Below, one piece after another: positions 17,560-26,588 of a DNA stretch of 40,318 nt. The position numbers and the translations under genes were made by a program. The notes beneath the pieces are model-generated. The model was not told where the DNA came from. It searched no databases and saw nothing but the letters and a program-made list of their open reading frames with translations. Numbering within the stretch: position 1 is the first letter of the stretch; every line of letters starts with the position of its first letter. Source of the DNA: a virus (lineage: Duplodnaviria > Caudoviricetes); the IMG/VR virus record IMGVR_UViG_3300044728_000127, positions 1-40,318 of that record; one strand, written 5' to 3'.

Positions 17560-20175
17560 TCAGGACTCGATCGCAATGCCGGACTTTTCGACCGCTTTAA
17601 CGATCATTTCCCATGTCTCAGGGTGAATGTCTTCCTTCCGTAGTTGGTATTGATAGTTGCTGTCGCTCACGGCGCGTCTGGAGCGCACCTTCTTAAATCC
17701 GATCTGCCTGAGGATGGCGCGGACCCGAAATACGTCCGACGCCTGCTGGCGGGCTCCCTCGACCTTCAGTAGGATGCCCAGGATGGCGTGGAACTCCCCA
17801 GCGAAGATCAGCATTCCGTCTACTATCTGCCCGTTCACATATATCGATCGTGCCTGGAACAAATGGTTCTCATAAGTGTCCGCCTGTTTCAGGCCCTGAA
17901 GTACCTGACCGTACCAGGGGTCGATATCCTCAGGCCGCATCTGGCGTTCTTCTTGTTCGAGGCGCACCGTTTCGGCTGGCACTACGAACCAATCTTCACC
18001 GGCCTCGTAGGCGTACACTGCTTCGGCCCATAGCAGGTCCCGGACAGCCTTCAAACTCGCAATATCGGGTCGGTGGGTCACCCCCACTTTTATCGGCCAG
18101 AAGCGTCTGGCGCCCGATTGGTCCTGGATGTAGTTACCCTCGAGTTCGTTTGTTGTACCCGCAAACACGCATGTTCGGGGGTACTGCTTGGCGTCGCGCT
18201 CATAGCTGAGTCGGGCGTCGTCCGTGGTGGTGGTAAGGATGGCTTTGAGAGTCTCCATGTCCCCACGCCTCATGGTCGCCAATTCGGACATTTCGACGAT
18301 CAACTTGCCCAGAATTGACGCCACCATGTCCTTGTGGCCGGTGTTATTCCCGCTGATGGCGCGGCTGTATTCAATATAATACTCGCCGCCCAGGACCCGA
18401 AGGCACTGTGACTTCCCTATCCCCTGTTCCCCCTCCAGGATAAGCATGTGGTCGGCCTGACACCCTGGGTCCATGCCCCGCGCCGCTGCGCTGATAAGCC
18501 ACTTTCGCCCGATCGCCCTGCTATAGGCGTTGTCAATTGTACCCATATACTTCGGGAGCCATGTGTCCAGGCGCGGCACGTGGTCCCATTCGAACGATTT
18601 TAGGTGTGCCCGCATCGGGTTGATCTTGTTCTCCGACGCAAGCTCCTTGATAATCTGCGCGGCGTGGGTCGACCTTACCCATACGTCATTCTGCTCATGG
18701 AATTTGATCATGAGTTTAATGTCGTGTATGTCGCTGTAGCGCTCGGCGTTTATGTCCCCGATACTACCCACTCGGACGCGCTGGTCGAATGTGCTCGTCC
18801 AATATGAAGGTAGGTCCCCAACACTCTGATAGACCCTGGTGCGCTGGATCAGTCCGACGACGTTGCCCTTATCGTTGAACTCCCCCCTCCCGTGTTTACG
18901 CCGCTCCCGTGCCTCCTCGGTGATGGCGTCAACCAACACTAGGAAGCGGGGCTTGGGAATAAGCTTCTTAACTTCTGTTATGACCTTGTTGCGCTGCCTA
19001 GCCAGGGCAAAGACATTGTCCAGGAGTTCAGGGCTTGGGACAGTGTCCCCCAGGCCCCAATCAATAAGCCGCTTCTTAACCTCAACCGGGTCCGCGAAGT
19101 CTGGGTCTATCTTGTAGCGGAATTCCTTCCAGGTGTATGCCGAGCAGCTGTCGTGGAGGCACTTGAACACGGGCCGATTGCGCCCGTTGATCGCCACCAT
19201 GGCCTTCTTGTGGGCCGGATTGAAGGGGCACTCCCCGATAGTCCACTTCTTACCCCCATCACCGAAGGGGCGGGCTGGGCTGGTGACGCGATACCCCCGG
19301 TCGAGTAGCCATTGCTCCATGTCGGGTATGTATTCGCCCGACAGCAGCTTGAAATCGTCGTCGTTCGAATCGCGCAGACCCTTCGCCATCAGGGCCATCT
19401 TTTCAGTCGGGACTGTTTCGATGGGGTCCGGAATGGACTTCAGGTACGACACCCGGTGCGGGCGCTCAGGAGTGTCCGAGCCTTTACAGGCTATGGTACC
19501 GTAGACCTTGAAGATGCGGGAGGCGTTCCAGTTCCCGCCGTCAATCTTGGTTTCGTCGTCGCTGAACAGACCCCCTATCATCTTCATCGCGAACTCGCAT
19601 ATCTGGCGCGAGTCCTCGTCGTTTGGCATGTCTATTCGGTACAGCATGTGGACGCCGTTGCCGGACATTGCCACGATGGGCGCTGGCCACCCGATTGAAG
19701 CCAGCCAGTCGTGGATTTCTTCGCCCTTCAGAAAGGCACTCTTCAATTCCTCCTCGGACGAGGAGGTATGTGAAGGCCGGACCGGGTCCAGGTCAATAGG
19801 AAACCACCTGCGGCGAAGTATCTCACCATCGGTGGTCGTGACTGCCGCCCGCGCATCGAACTTGTTCGCCGCCCGCGACAGGAGCGCGGGCATGACAGGA
19901 TTAAGCGTGACGAAGATGCCGTCAGCCTTGGGTTCTACATAGCGCTGTCCGTGGCTCTGCTGAACGTGCCCGTCAGTCTTGCTGTTCTCCTTCGCGATGA
20001 GCAGCGCCGCCTTTGTGGTATCATCGAAATACCCGCTTGTGACGCCACCACCCTTCCTGGGGATGCGAATCTCAAATACGTCGCCCGGCTCATACATTAA
20101 GTCCAGGGCGCGTTTGATGAGTACTGATGCTTCTACCTTCGAATATTCCTCACGTCGTGTTATCTCGTTTGCCAT
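17560..20175 (-). CDS. Primase-helicase: N-terminal AEP-like primase/polymerase, Zn-binding linker, C-terminal VirE/VapE ATPase
   Basis: IDLD and SGNGVH AEP motifs; CPF..H...CLHDSC; Walker A GEQGIGKS; FAGTTN and RRFWPI VirE motifs. Confidence 0.88.
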   Translation of the reverse strand: MANEITRREEYSKVEASVLIKRALDLMYEPGDVFEIRIPRKGGGVTSGYFDDTTKAALLIAKENSKTDGHVQQSHGQRYVEPKADGIFVTLNPVMPALLSRAANKFDARAAVTTTDGEILRRRWFPIDLDPVRPSHTSSSEEELKSAFLKGEEIHDWLASIGWPAPIVAMSGNGVHMLYRIDMPNDEDSRQICEFAMKMIGGLFSDDETKIDGGNWNASRIFKVYGTIACKGSDTPERPHRVSYLKSIPDPIETVPTEKMALMAKGLRDSNDDDFKLLSGEYIPDMEQWLLDRGYRVTSPARPFGDGGKKWTIGECPFNPAHKKAMVAINGRNRPVFKCLHDSCSAYTWKEFRYKIDPDFADPVEVKKRLIDWGLGDTVPSPELLDNVFALARQRNKVITEVKKLIPKPRFLVLVDAITEEARERRKHGRGEFNDKGNVVGLIQRTRVYQSVGDLPSYWTSTFDQRVRVGSIGDINAERYSDIHDIKLMIKFHEQNDVWVRSTHAAQIIKELASENKINPMRAHLKSFEWDHVPRLDTWLPKYMGTIDNAYSRAIGRKWLISAAARGMDPGCQADHMLILEGEQGIGKSQCLRVLGGEYYIEYSRAISGNNTGHKDMVASILGKLIVEMSELATMRRGDMETLKAILTTTTDDARLSYERDAKQYPRTCVFAGTTNELEGNYIQDQSGARRFWPIKVGVTHRPDIASLKAVRDLLWAEAVYAYEAGEDWFVVPAETVRLEQEERQMRPEDIDPWYGQVLQGLKQADTYENHLFQARSIYVNGQIVDGMLIFAGEFHAILGILLKVEGARQQASDVFRVRAILRQIGFKKVRSRRAVSDSNYQYQLRKEDIHPETWEMIVKAVEKSGIAIES

Positions 20176-20608
20176 TACGCCGCCTTGTTATCACTTGTAG
20201 TACATTCACTAGCGTGGTCAGGTCGTCCTTGTCGAGCGGCCACCGTACGCTGCAAATCGCCATTTTTTCCAATGTCTGCAGACCCATGCGATCGATAAGT
20301 CGTGCATGATAATGCCCTGGTACTATATACCAGTTATCCCCAACGGCGACCAGGAAACACACCGGGATTCGCTGGCAGTGCGCCCGAATCCACTGGTGTT
20401 GTGATGGTTCTACCTTGAATTTGAAGGTCGGCGCCTCGTGGACAGCCTTCAACTCGAGCCAGCCCGTTTCACACTCCGGCGCAAGCATGACGAAGGATAT
20501 ATCCGGAACACCCGGATTAATCTCCTTGTCCTCATGCCAAGTGAGCAGCCAATACCCCATAAGGGCGTCGGCCACCCGGTCCCTGAGTTGTCCCTCAGGA
20601 GTTTTCAT
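20150..20608 (-). CDS. PD-(D/E)xK nuclease (VRR-NUC / Holliday-junction resolvase-like)
   Basis: E...GVPDISFV...GWLELK...Q..W motif; start MKTPE at 20608. Confidence 0.75.
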   Translation of the reverse strand: MKTPEGQLRDRVADALMGYWLLTWHEDKEINPGVPDISFVMLAPECETGWLELKAVHEAPTFKFKVEPSQHQWIRAHCQRIPVCFLVAVGDNWYIVPGHYHARLIDRMGLQTLEKMAICSVRWPLDKDDLTTLVNVLQVITRRRNGKRDNTT

Positions 20609-21227
20609 ACGCGTAGAACTGCACATGCTGCGAAACGTGCCGGCGAATCTTTGCCGGCCAGTTCTGCATGGCGTCATACTTCTTCTTCAGTTGCTTCTCC
20701 AGGCCGGACCGGGCGTGAACGCTTGTGACGTCGACGCCATGGAGCCGGATGAAACGAATGCCATCAGCCAAGTCACACAGCTTTATGAGCAAGTCATGGT
20801 CGGGGGCGCTGTCAAGATACAGTTCAAACACCCGTGGCACAAGCCGCTTTTCGAGTTCTTTGATGGTCTTGCGCATACTCCCATAGTCCTTCGTCGGGGT
20901 CGGGATATCCCCCGAGAATACTTCGTCCAGGTCGTGGATCAACGCCCTAGCCGCCAATCCTGCCGCAGGTCCGAAGTACATTTCGGGCGCGGTCGCCGCG
21001 ATCAGAAATGCCAGCATGGCCACATTCGCGGAGTGTTCCGCAAGGGTCTGCTGGCGCGTCGTGTCGAGCATGTGCCAACGCTTCACTGCCTGGAGGCGCA
21101 TAATCGTTTCCAGCGCTACCTTGTCGGGGCCATAGGCGTAGAAGGGTGCCAGATCGTCCACAGGATTAGCTGCTGCCTCTGCGGGGGTCTGGCTGCCGCC
21201 AGGGGTGAAGACATACCGTTCATTCAT
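20595..21227 (-). CDS. datZ: HD-domain dATP triphosphohydrolase DatZ
   Basis: RWH..QTLAEHS...LIHDLDE..SGDIPTPTK...IKLCDLADG (YfbR-like HD); located in purZ cluster. Confidence 0.85.
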   Translation of the reverse strand: MNERYVFTPGGSQTPAEAAANPVDDLAPFYAYGPDKVALETIMRLQAVKRWHMLDTTRQQTLAEHSANVAMLAFLIAATAPEMYFGPAAGLAARALIHDLDEVFSGDIPTPTKDYGSMRKTIKELEKRLVPRVFELYLDSAPDHDLLIKLCDLADGIRFIRLHGVDVTSVHARSGLEKQLKKKYDAMQNWPAKIRRHVSQHVQFYAYENS

Positions 21228-21528
21228 GTTGCCAGACTCCATTTGTGAGCTTCCATGTACGGAATTGGTTGACATGCATCTTGCGGCGGATCGATGCTTC
21301 GATGTTCCACATCTTGCGGCTGGCGTAGTCCAGAATCATGATCAAGACGTCCGCCATTTCGTCTTGGGTCCGGTCCTTGGCGAACTCCCCCATTTCCGTC
21401 CAGAGCTTCAACCACATTTGGTCGTCGATCCGGTGTGGAAACAGTTCGTCCGCCTGATTCTGGATTTCGAGCGCCAGATTGTCGATGCTGGCGCCCCGCA
21501 CGATTTCGCTATTTAGGTTGTGTGCCAT
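21220..21528 (-). CDS. mazZ: MazG-like dGTP/dATP pyrophosphohydrolase MazZ (DUF550-like)
   Basis: KLWTEMGE...DEMADVLIMILD...KMHVNQFRTW all-alpha NTP-PPase motifs; between purZ and datZ. Confidence 0.8.
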   Translation of the reverse strand: MAHNLNSEIVRGASIDNLALEIQNQADELFPHRIDDQMWLKLWTEMGEFAKDRTQDEMADVLIMILDYASRKMWNIEASIRRKMHVNQFRTWKLTNGVWQHE

Positions 21529-21778
21529 CTTTGTATATCCGGTCATAGCGCACAATGTCTTCTGCTTTGACACCATGGCTTATAAGCAGGTGCTTGCCAA
21601 TAACCTCGGCAAGCTTCAGGATCGCCTCATGAACCTCCGGATGAAGCTGGGCGACACTCTTCTTCATCGTCATGACCGTAATGGCGCCTTCCATGGAGTT
21701 GGGCGGCGCCACGTACATCTTTATCATGGCGCCCCTGTCACGGAGTGCCACACGGAATGGTGCGTTATGTTCCGCCAT
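21509..21778 (-). CDS. Hypothetical protein (89 aa) inside the Z cluster
   Basis: ORF overlaps both purZ end and mazZ start; AAGGAAG RBS. Confidence 0.6.
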   Translation of the reverse strand: MAEHNAPFRVALRDRGAMIKMYVAPPNSMEGAITVMTMKKSVAQLHPEVHEAILKLAEVIGKHLLISHGVKAEDIVRYDRIYKDGTQPK

Positions 21779-22820
21779 GATGCTTCCTTGTCATTACGTC
21801 GCTGTCGTCGGGACCGAACCCCAGCCACTTCACCTTGGGGGCGTTCAGAGCGAATGTTGTGGGCGTTTCGATCAGTGCGATCAGTTCGTCCAGGGGGCGT
21901 ACGTCCTTGAAGTAGTTCGCGAAGTTCAGGAATACGTCCGTGTTCCAGTAGCTGCCGCAGTGCCACATGGCTTCGACGATCTGCTCCTTGCTGAAGGTGA
22001 ACAGGCGGCGCGGGAGCTTCGTCACCGTGGTAAGTTCTGGCTCGATGCCGATATCCTTCCAGTCAATCTCCAGCTGGTCGACGAAGCCGGGACCCGAAGT
22101 TCCGGTCCGATTGTTGACCCGGATCGGGAATGTTCGCATCGTTGCCATCACGTGGACGTAGGGTGACCACTTGAAGGGCAGGCCACAGTCGGCGGCGATC
22201 TGCCATGGGGTAACATCACGGGACGTCACGTAGGGATACTTCCCGTGGTACATCGAGAGGCTGAATCCCTGCGCCCCCTCGATAAGCGTACTCTCGCTCT
22301 CCTCAAGCATGGCCCGGTACTGCATCGGGCTTACGATATAGTCATCGAACCCTGCCCCCCGCCACGCCATGATATTCGGGTTGATCCCAGAGCGCCGCAT
22401 GCGCTCGATGGCTGCCGCGCCGACCCCCTTCGCCGTACTTCCGATGGCCGTCATTCCGTCGTCGAGTTCCTGCTTGGCGTGGTAGTCTTCGACCACGCAG
22501 GCCAGGGGATGGATCGCAAGGGTCTTGCCCTCCATCATCGAGCGGTAGCGCGTCAACTCGTCGTGAAGCGTCTGCAGGTGGATCAGCGCCCCAGGCCCGA
22601 TGAGGACACGCTTCACGTGCGGTGAGCTTATCGCCGTGGGCAGCTGTTGCGTCATCATGCTGATGTTCCGCGAGGCGTCGATGTAAGTATGCCCCGCGTT
22701 CGTGCCGAAGGCGCACACTACGGTGTCGTACTTGTTGCGTTTCGACAGGTACCCGGCCAGCAGGCCCTTGCCGGTACTACCGTACTGAAAGTCTACTATC
22801 ATGTCTATGTTGTGGCTCAT
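21765..22820 (-). CDS. purZ: PurZ, N6-succino-2-amino-dAMP synthetase (PurA paralogue)
   Basis: DFQYGSTGKG (Ser in place of the PurA catalytic Asp of GDEGKG), NAGHT, EGAQG, YPYVTSRD, TTVTKLPRR, FLNFANY in place of TKLD; ATGA overlap at 22817-22820. Confidence 0.93.
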   Translation of the reverse strand: MSHNIDMIVDFQYGSTGKGLLAGYLSKRNKYDTVVCAFGTNAGHTYIDASRNISMMTQQLPTAISSPHVKRVLIGPGALIHLQTLHDELTRYRSMMEGKTLAIHPLACVVEDYHAKQELDDGMTAIGSTAKGVGAAAIERMRRSGINPNIMAWRGAGFDDYIVSPMQYRAMLEESESTLIEGAQGFSLSMYHGKYPYVTSRDVTPWQIAADCGLPFKWSPYVHVMATMRTFPIRVNNRTGTSGPGFVDQLEIDWKDIGIEPELTTVTKLPRRLFTFSKEQIVEAMWHCGSYWNTDVFLNFANYFKDVRPLDELIALIETPTTFALNAPKVKWLGFGPDDSDVMTRKHHGGT

Positions 22821-23023
22821 ACCATTCCTTTTTCGGTTGCCAGCCATTCGGGGATGAAAATGCTCGTCGTGTTGTAGTCCACTTCCTCGGACCCGCACCA
22901 GTCAAGGACCTGGGACTTTGGAATCCAGACTTCCTCTTTGACGCCGAAGTTGACCAGGATGGCCCGGTCGGTGCACTTCTTGACGACGACAGCAATCTCT
23001 ATTTCTCTGCTCGGTGGCCTCAT
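22817..23023 (-). CDS. Small conserved phage protein (68 aa; TDRAILV..EVWIPKSQ)
   Basis: ATGA overlaps with both polymerase and purZ; GGAGG RBS. Confidence 0.7.
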   Translation of the reverse strand: MRPPSREIEIAVVVKKCTDRAILVNFGVKEEVWIPKSQVLDWCGSEEVDYNTTSIFIPEWLATEKGMV

Positions 23024-24852
23024 TTGCTTGCCTCCCACCAGTTTGGTCCGATTGAACTCGATGCCAGGATCGGGACCTTCATCCTGATCCGTGACGACTC
23101 TGAATTGAAATTCGTGTATGCGGCCACGATGCCGGGGATATGTTTAGTGTTTTCCGGTAGCGATACTCCTATTTCATCATGGACCGACACAAGCAAGCGC
23201 CCTGCGTGCTCACTCCGAAGGTACTGGTCAGTCTCAATCAGTGCGACCTTATGCAGGTCGGCGGCGTACGCCTGGAATAGGTACCCTGCCGCCTTATGCT
23301 GCCCGTACCTGGGAAACCTGAGGCGTCGGCCCAATCGGGTCTTTACGTAGCCACGGGTCTTCGCCACGGATTGGGCGTACTCCATGAACTTGTTTACGTT
23401 CGGCAGGCGGCGGTGGTATTGGTTGAATATCTCTCGAGCCTTGTCACCGGGGGCGAACGCCATGCGCCCCCTGGACTCGTAAACAGTGTACTCCATGCCC
23501 ATCATCGCGGCAAGCTTCCCAGGCCCTGCCCCGAAGGATAGACCCAGGTTGATGGTCTTGGTGTTCGGCGCCCCCGCGTAGGCGGGGTTCCGTGGAATGC
23601 CGGTCATGTCGCTGATGGCCTGATGGTAGTCAAGCTCTGGGGTTGCCCAGTATTCAGCGATGAGGCGCTGGTCCTGCATCAGGTCGGCGGCGCATCTGAA
23701 GTCGACTTGACGGAAGTCAGCGGTAAGCCACTGTTCGCCCACATCTGCGAGGAATAAGGCCCGTAGCATTTCAGCATACTTCTTATCTCTCTTAGATATT
23801 TGGTGTAGTGCCGGGTCCGTCGCTGATAATCTTCCTGTAACAGTTCCAACATCCTGGTCTGTCCGCGTCTGATTAAATGTGGTGTGAACATAGGCGTTCG
23901 AGTCAGCACTCGCAATAACGTGTCCTCGGACGAAAGTATCCCGTAGCTTGATAGTCTTCCGAAGACCCAATATGTTCGTGGCAACAGGGTGCCGCATTTG
24001 TCGTAGCGCGTCCTGCCCCAGCGAGGGCGATTCGCCTTTCTTTGTTGGTCCGACAATTGTGCCATCGATAAGCCTCCATTGGAAAGGTGCGATCTTCTCG
24101 GGCTTGAAGAACTCCCGCATCTGCTTCGGGGAGTTCACAAACACGGAGGGGTCTTTACAGCCGGTCAGGTCCTTGATGCCCACGCTCAGTTCGATTTCAG
24201 CCTTGTCGAGCAGCGGGATCGTGTCGTGCGCCTTCTCAAGGTCGACGCGAACACCGACCCATGAGGCGTCAGCCAGTACCGGCAGCAGCTCCATTTCAAC
24301 GGCCAGGACCCGGTCAAGTGCCTGCTCCTTGATGGCGGGCGCCTGCGCCAGCCATATATCGTAACAATCTCGGGCATCCCCGGCGCCATACTTCGCCACA
24401 AGCTCGGGCGGGGCGTTGGCTAGGTTTGCCAGGACCGCGTCATGATTCTTCGCGCCCATCGCGGCCTGCATTAGGTCCAAATGGACCTTCTTGTCAGACT
24501 TGACTAGATTGCGGCTCGCCACCGCTTCCAGGTTGTATTCAAACTGATTCTCGTCGATGAGGCATTCCGCGATCATCGTGCAATACCACCGCATATCGCG
24601 TGGCTCCATGCCTAAGACACGAGTCACCTGATATTCGAACTGCGCGTTGTGCGCAATTATGAGCTTGTACGGGAGAACATCCTGAAGCCATTTTACCACG
24701 CTCGGGCGCTGACGGATATCGAAGTACCATGAGGCGTCGGCTGTCGCAATGCCAATCCCGAGCACACGGAAGTCTGATAGCCAGTATTTCAGGCCGGTCG
24801 TTTCGTAGTCCAGGCCGATTGCCCGAACCTTGGTTAGATTAGGGAATTCCAT
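23020..24852 (-). CDS. dpoZ: Family A DNA polymerase with 3'-5' exonuclease, DpoZ-type
   Basis: Exo DYETTG/HNAQFE/YGAGD; TGRLS; motif A DFRQVDFR; motif B KTINLGLSFG; KAAGYLFQ; motif C SVHDE; adjacent to purZ. Confidence 0.85.
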   Translation of the reverse strand: MEFPNLTKVRAIGLDYETTGLKYWLSDFRVLGIGIATADASWYFDIRQRPSVVKWLQDVLPYKLIIAHNAQFEYQVTRVLGMEPRDMRWYCTMIAECLIDENQFEYNLEAVASRNLVKSDKKVHLDLMQAAMGAKNHDAVLANLANAPPELVAKYGAGDARDCYDIWLAQAPAIKEQALDRVLAVEMELLPVLADASWVGVRVDLEKAHDTIPLLDKAEIELSVGIKDLTGCKDPSVFVNSPKQMREFFKPEKIAPFQWRLIDGTIVGPTKKGESPSLGQDALRQMRHPVATNILGLRKTIKLRDTFVRGHVIASADSNAYVHTTFNQTRTDQDVGTVTGRLSATDPALHQISKRDKKYAEMLRALFLADVGEQWLTADFRQVDFRCAADLMQDQRLIAEYWATPELDYHQAISDMTGIPRNPAYAGAPNTKTINLGLSFGAGPGKLAAMMGMEYTVYESRGRMAFAPGDKAREIFNQYHRRLPNVNKFMEYAQSVAKTRGYVKTRLGRRLRFPRYGQHKAAGYLFQAYAADLHKVALIETDQYLRSEHAGRLLVSVHDEIGVSLPENTKHIPGIVAAYTNFNSESSRIRMKVPILASSSIGPNWWEASK

Positions 24853-24900
24853 AAAAAACACCCCCCCGGTTTATATTTCAGGCAACTGCGCCGGGGGGGC
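24853..24900 (-). terminator. Hairpin plus U-tract directly before the polymerase start codon (terminator/attenuator)
   Basis: - strand GCCCCCCCGG...CCGGGGGGGT stem followed by GTTTTTT then ATG. Confidence 0.5.
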
Positions 24901-24935
24901 TTGAAAACCACTACCTTGGCAGGGTGGTGGAGGCG

Positions 24936-25697
24936 TTAAATGTCGCTACCTTCTCCGTCCATTCCGGCGCCCTCGGTTTCACCCAGGTCGACAGTGTAAT
25001 CGGCCCGCACATTGCTCGACTTGAACATGTTGTAGACCTTCTCGGCCTCGGTGAAGAGCGCCTGCGGCACGAAACCCGCTGGCGACACGACGAAGTTGAA
25101 GAATGACTGGTTCTTCTTGTTCTTGTCCTTGAAAGTGCTGAACTTGTAGACCCGCGAGAAGCGGTCGCCGCCGCCCATCTGGATGGCCGAATTCCAGCGG
25201 CGCGAGACTTTGGCCTTGCTCTTCGGCATCGACACGACGATCTGCTCGTGGCTGCCATCGGGCTTGACCTTCAGGCAGTAGTGCGTGGGGGTGTCAACTA
25301 CCTCCAAGTGCTCGCGTGGGGTGCCATCCCGCGCTACCTCGGCCAGCCGCCGTTCGGCCTCGACCTTGGTCGCGAAGGACCCGTGGAATCCGCCGCCCTC
25401 GTTGTAGATGGTCCAGACGTTGAACTCGACCTTGAACATCACCGGCACGATGTAGACAAGATCACCCAACAGTTCGAGCGACGCCGAGTTGAAGAAGGAC
25501 CCCTCGATGGCGCCGGGGTCTTCTTCACGGATCGGGCTGAGGCTCTGAACTATCTCGAGCCGGGGCAGTACGATATCGCCCTGACCGACATTTTCGTTGC
25601 CGCGCCCCATGCCCTGCGCCCATTCGGGGCGCTGGTCCAGGAATCCAACACTTGTCCCCTCGGGGACGGATACTTCTTGCTTAGGCTTGGTTGCCAT
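24936..25697 (-). CDS. Putative single-stranded DNA-binding/annealing protein (253 aa)
   Basis: LPRLEIVQSLSP motif, OB-like beta strands, acidic C-terminal tail; between helicase and polymerase. Confidence 0.6.
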   Translation of the reverse strand: MATKPKQEVSVPEGTSVGFLDQRPEWAQGMGRGNENVGQGDIVLPRLEIVQSLSPIREEDPGAIEGSFFNSASLELLGDLVYIVPVMFKVEFNVWTIYNEGGGFHGSFATKVEAERRLAEVARDGTPREHLEVVDTPTHYCLKVKPDGSHEQIVVSMPKSKAKVSRRWNSAIQMGGGDRFSRVYKFSTFKDKNKKNQSFFNFVVSPAGFVPQALFTEAEKVYNMFKSSNVRADYTVDLGETEGAGMDGEGSDI

Positions 25698-25746
25698 GGT
25701 GCTTCCTTCAGTTGATTGCTGGTAAAACCCGACCAGCCTACGGGAT

Positions 25747-26154
25747 TCAAGTCTTGACGAGTGACGCCCTTGTGAACGGAGTGACCTTGAAAATGTCGTC
25801 GGGGATGGGCGTCCCCGCTTCAATCATGCGACGGAACAGCGCCTTGATCGTGCTGGCGTTGTAAGTCTCCATGATCATGCCGTCGTAGCCGCAGTCGCGA
25901 AGCCACTGCATTGCCTCGGCCTTCTTGCCCTCGATGGTGCTGGCGTACAAGTCTGCCGCCAGCTGGACCCGGCCCAGCCCGTGGAAGGTGGCGTTCTTCA
26001 GATCGAGCGCCTCCATCATTTCGGGGATTTCGACGATCCGGACCTTGTCATAAGCCTTGTTGACTTCGGCAAGCTCCTCTTCGAGCCTGTCCTTCTGGAC
26101 GCGAATCTCGCTCATGCGCTCGCACAGAAGTCGAAGCGCCATCATGTCGGCCAT
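25747..26154 (-). CDS. Conserved replication-module coiled-coil protein (135 aa)
   Basis: AGGAG RBS; IPEMM...QWLRDCG...TIKALF motif typical upstream of phage SSB genes. Confidence 0.65.
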   Translation of the reverse strand: MADMMALRLLCERMSEIRVQKDRLEEELAEVNKAYDKVRIVEIPEMMEALDLKNATFHGLGRVQLAADLYASTIEGKKAEAMQWLRDCGYDGMIMETYNASTIKALFRRMIEAGTPIPDDIFKVTPFTRASLVKT

Positions 26155-26163
26155 TTAAAACTC

Positions 26164-26526
26164 CTATTGAATATCGATTGGGAAGTACTTGTTCTGTCTG
26201 TTCTGCCAGACCAGCAGGCGGGGTGTGAATTGACTGTTTATCTTCCCCAGCAGATAACCCAGCTTGAATATCCCGTAGGGTGAGCCTGTCGGCACAATCC
26301 AGTCGGTTTCGGGTTCATACAGCTTGTGGAAGAGTGCTACCTCCTTGCTCCATTGATCGTTCATTGTTTCACTCGGCGTGGTCGGGGGGTCGAATGTCGT
26401 GATGAACTCGATGTTCCCGTACTCGTAGAGTGGGCTGTAATCAAATACAACGGGTGATCCGTCGCGCCCCGTCCGGACTTGTTCCTTCAAAATCCAGACG
26501 GTCGGACGGCCAGTGCCTTCAGTCAT
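26164..26526 (-). CDS. Hypothetical protein (120 aa)
   Basis: AGGAG RBS before ATG 26526, downstream of promoter 26554-26582. Confidence 0.65.
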   Translation of the reverse strand: MTEGTGRPTVWILKEQVRTGRDGSPVVFDYSPLYEYGNIEFITTFDPPTTPSETMNDQWSKEVALFHKLYEPETDWIVPTGSPYGIFKLGYLLGKINSQFTPRLLVWQNRQNKYFPIDIQ

Positions 26527-26553
26527 AAACGCGCTCCTATACCCGATCCCCCG

Positions 26554-26582
26554 ATTGTACCACGCCGGGGGCGTCGTGTCTA
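26554..26582 (-). promoter_or_regulatory. sigma70-type phage promoter (TAGACA-17-TACAAT) for replication/Z genes
   Basis: - strand TAGACA CGACGCCCCCGGCGTGG TACAAT. Confidence 0.75.
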
Positions 26583-26588
26583 TATCCC

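Noticed and set aside
21765-22820. Ordinary purA auxiliary metabolic gene
   Set aside because: Catalytic Asp is replaced by Ser and the GTP-specificity TKLD motif is absent; the datZ/mazZ/PolA context indicates PurZ
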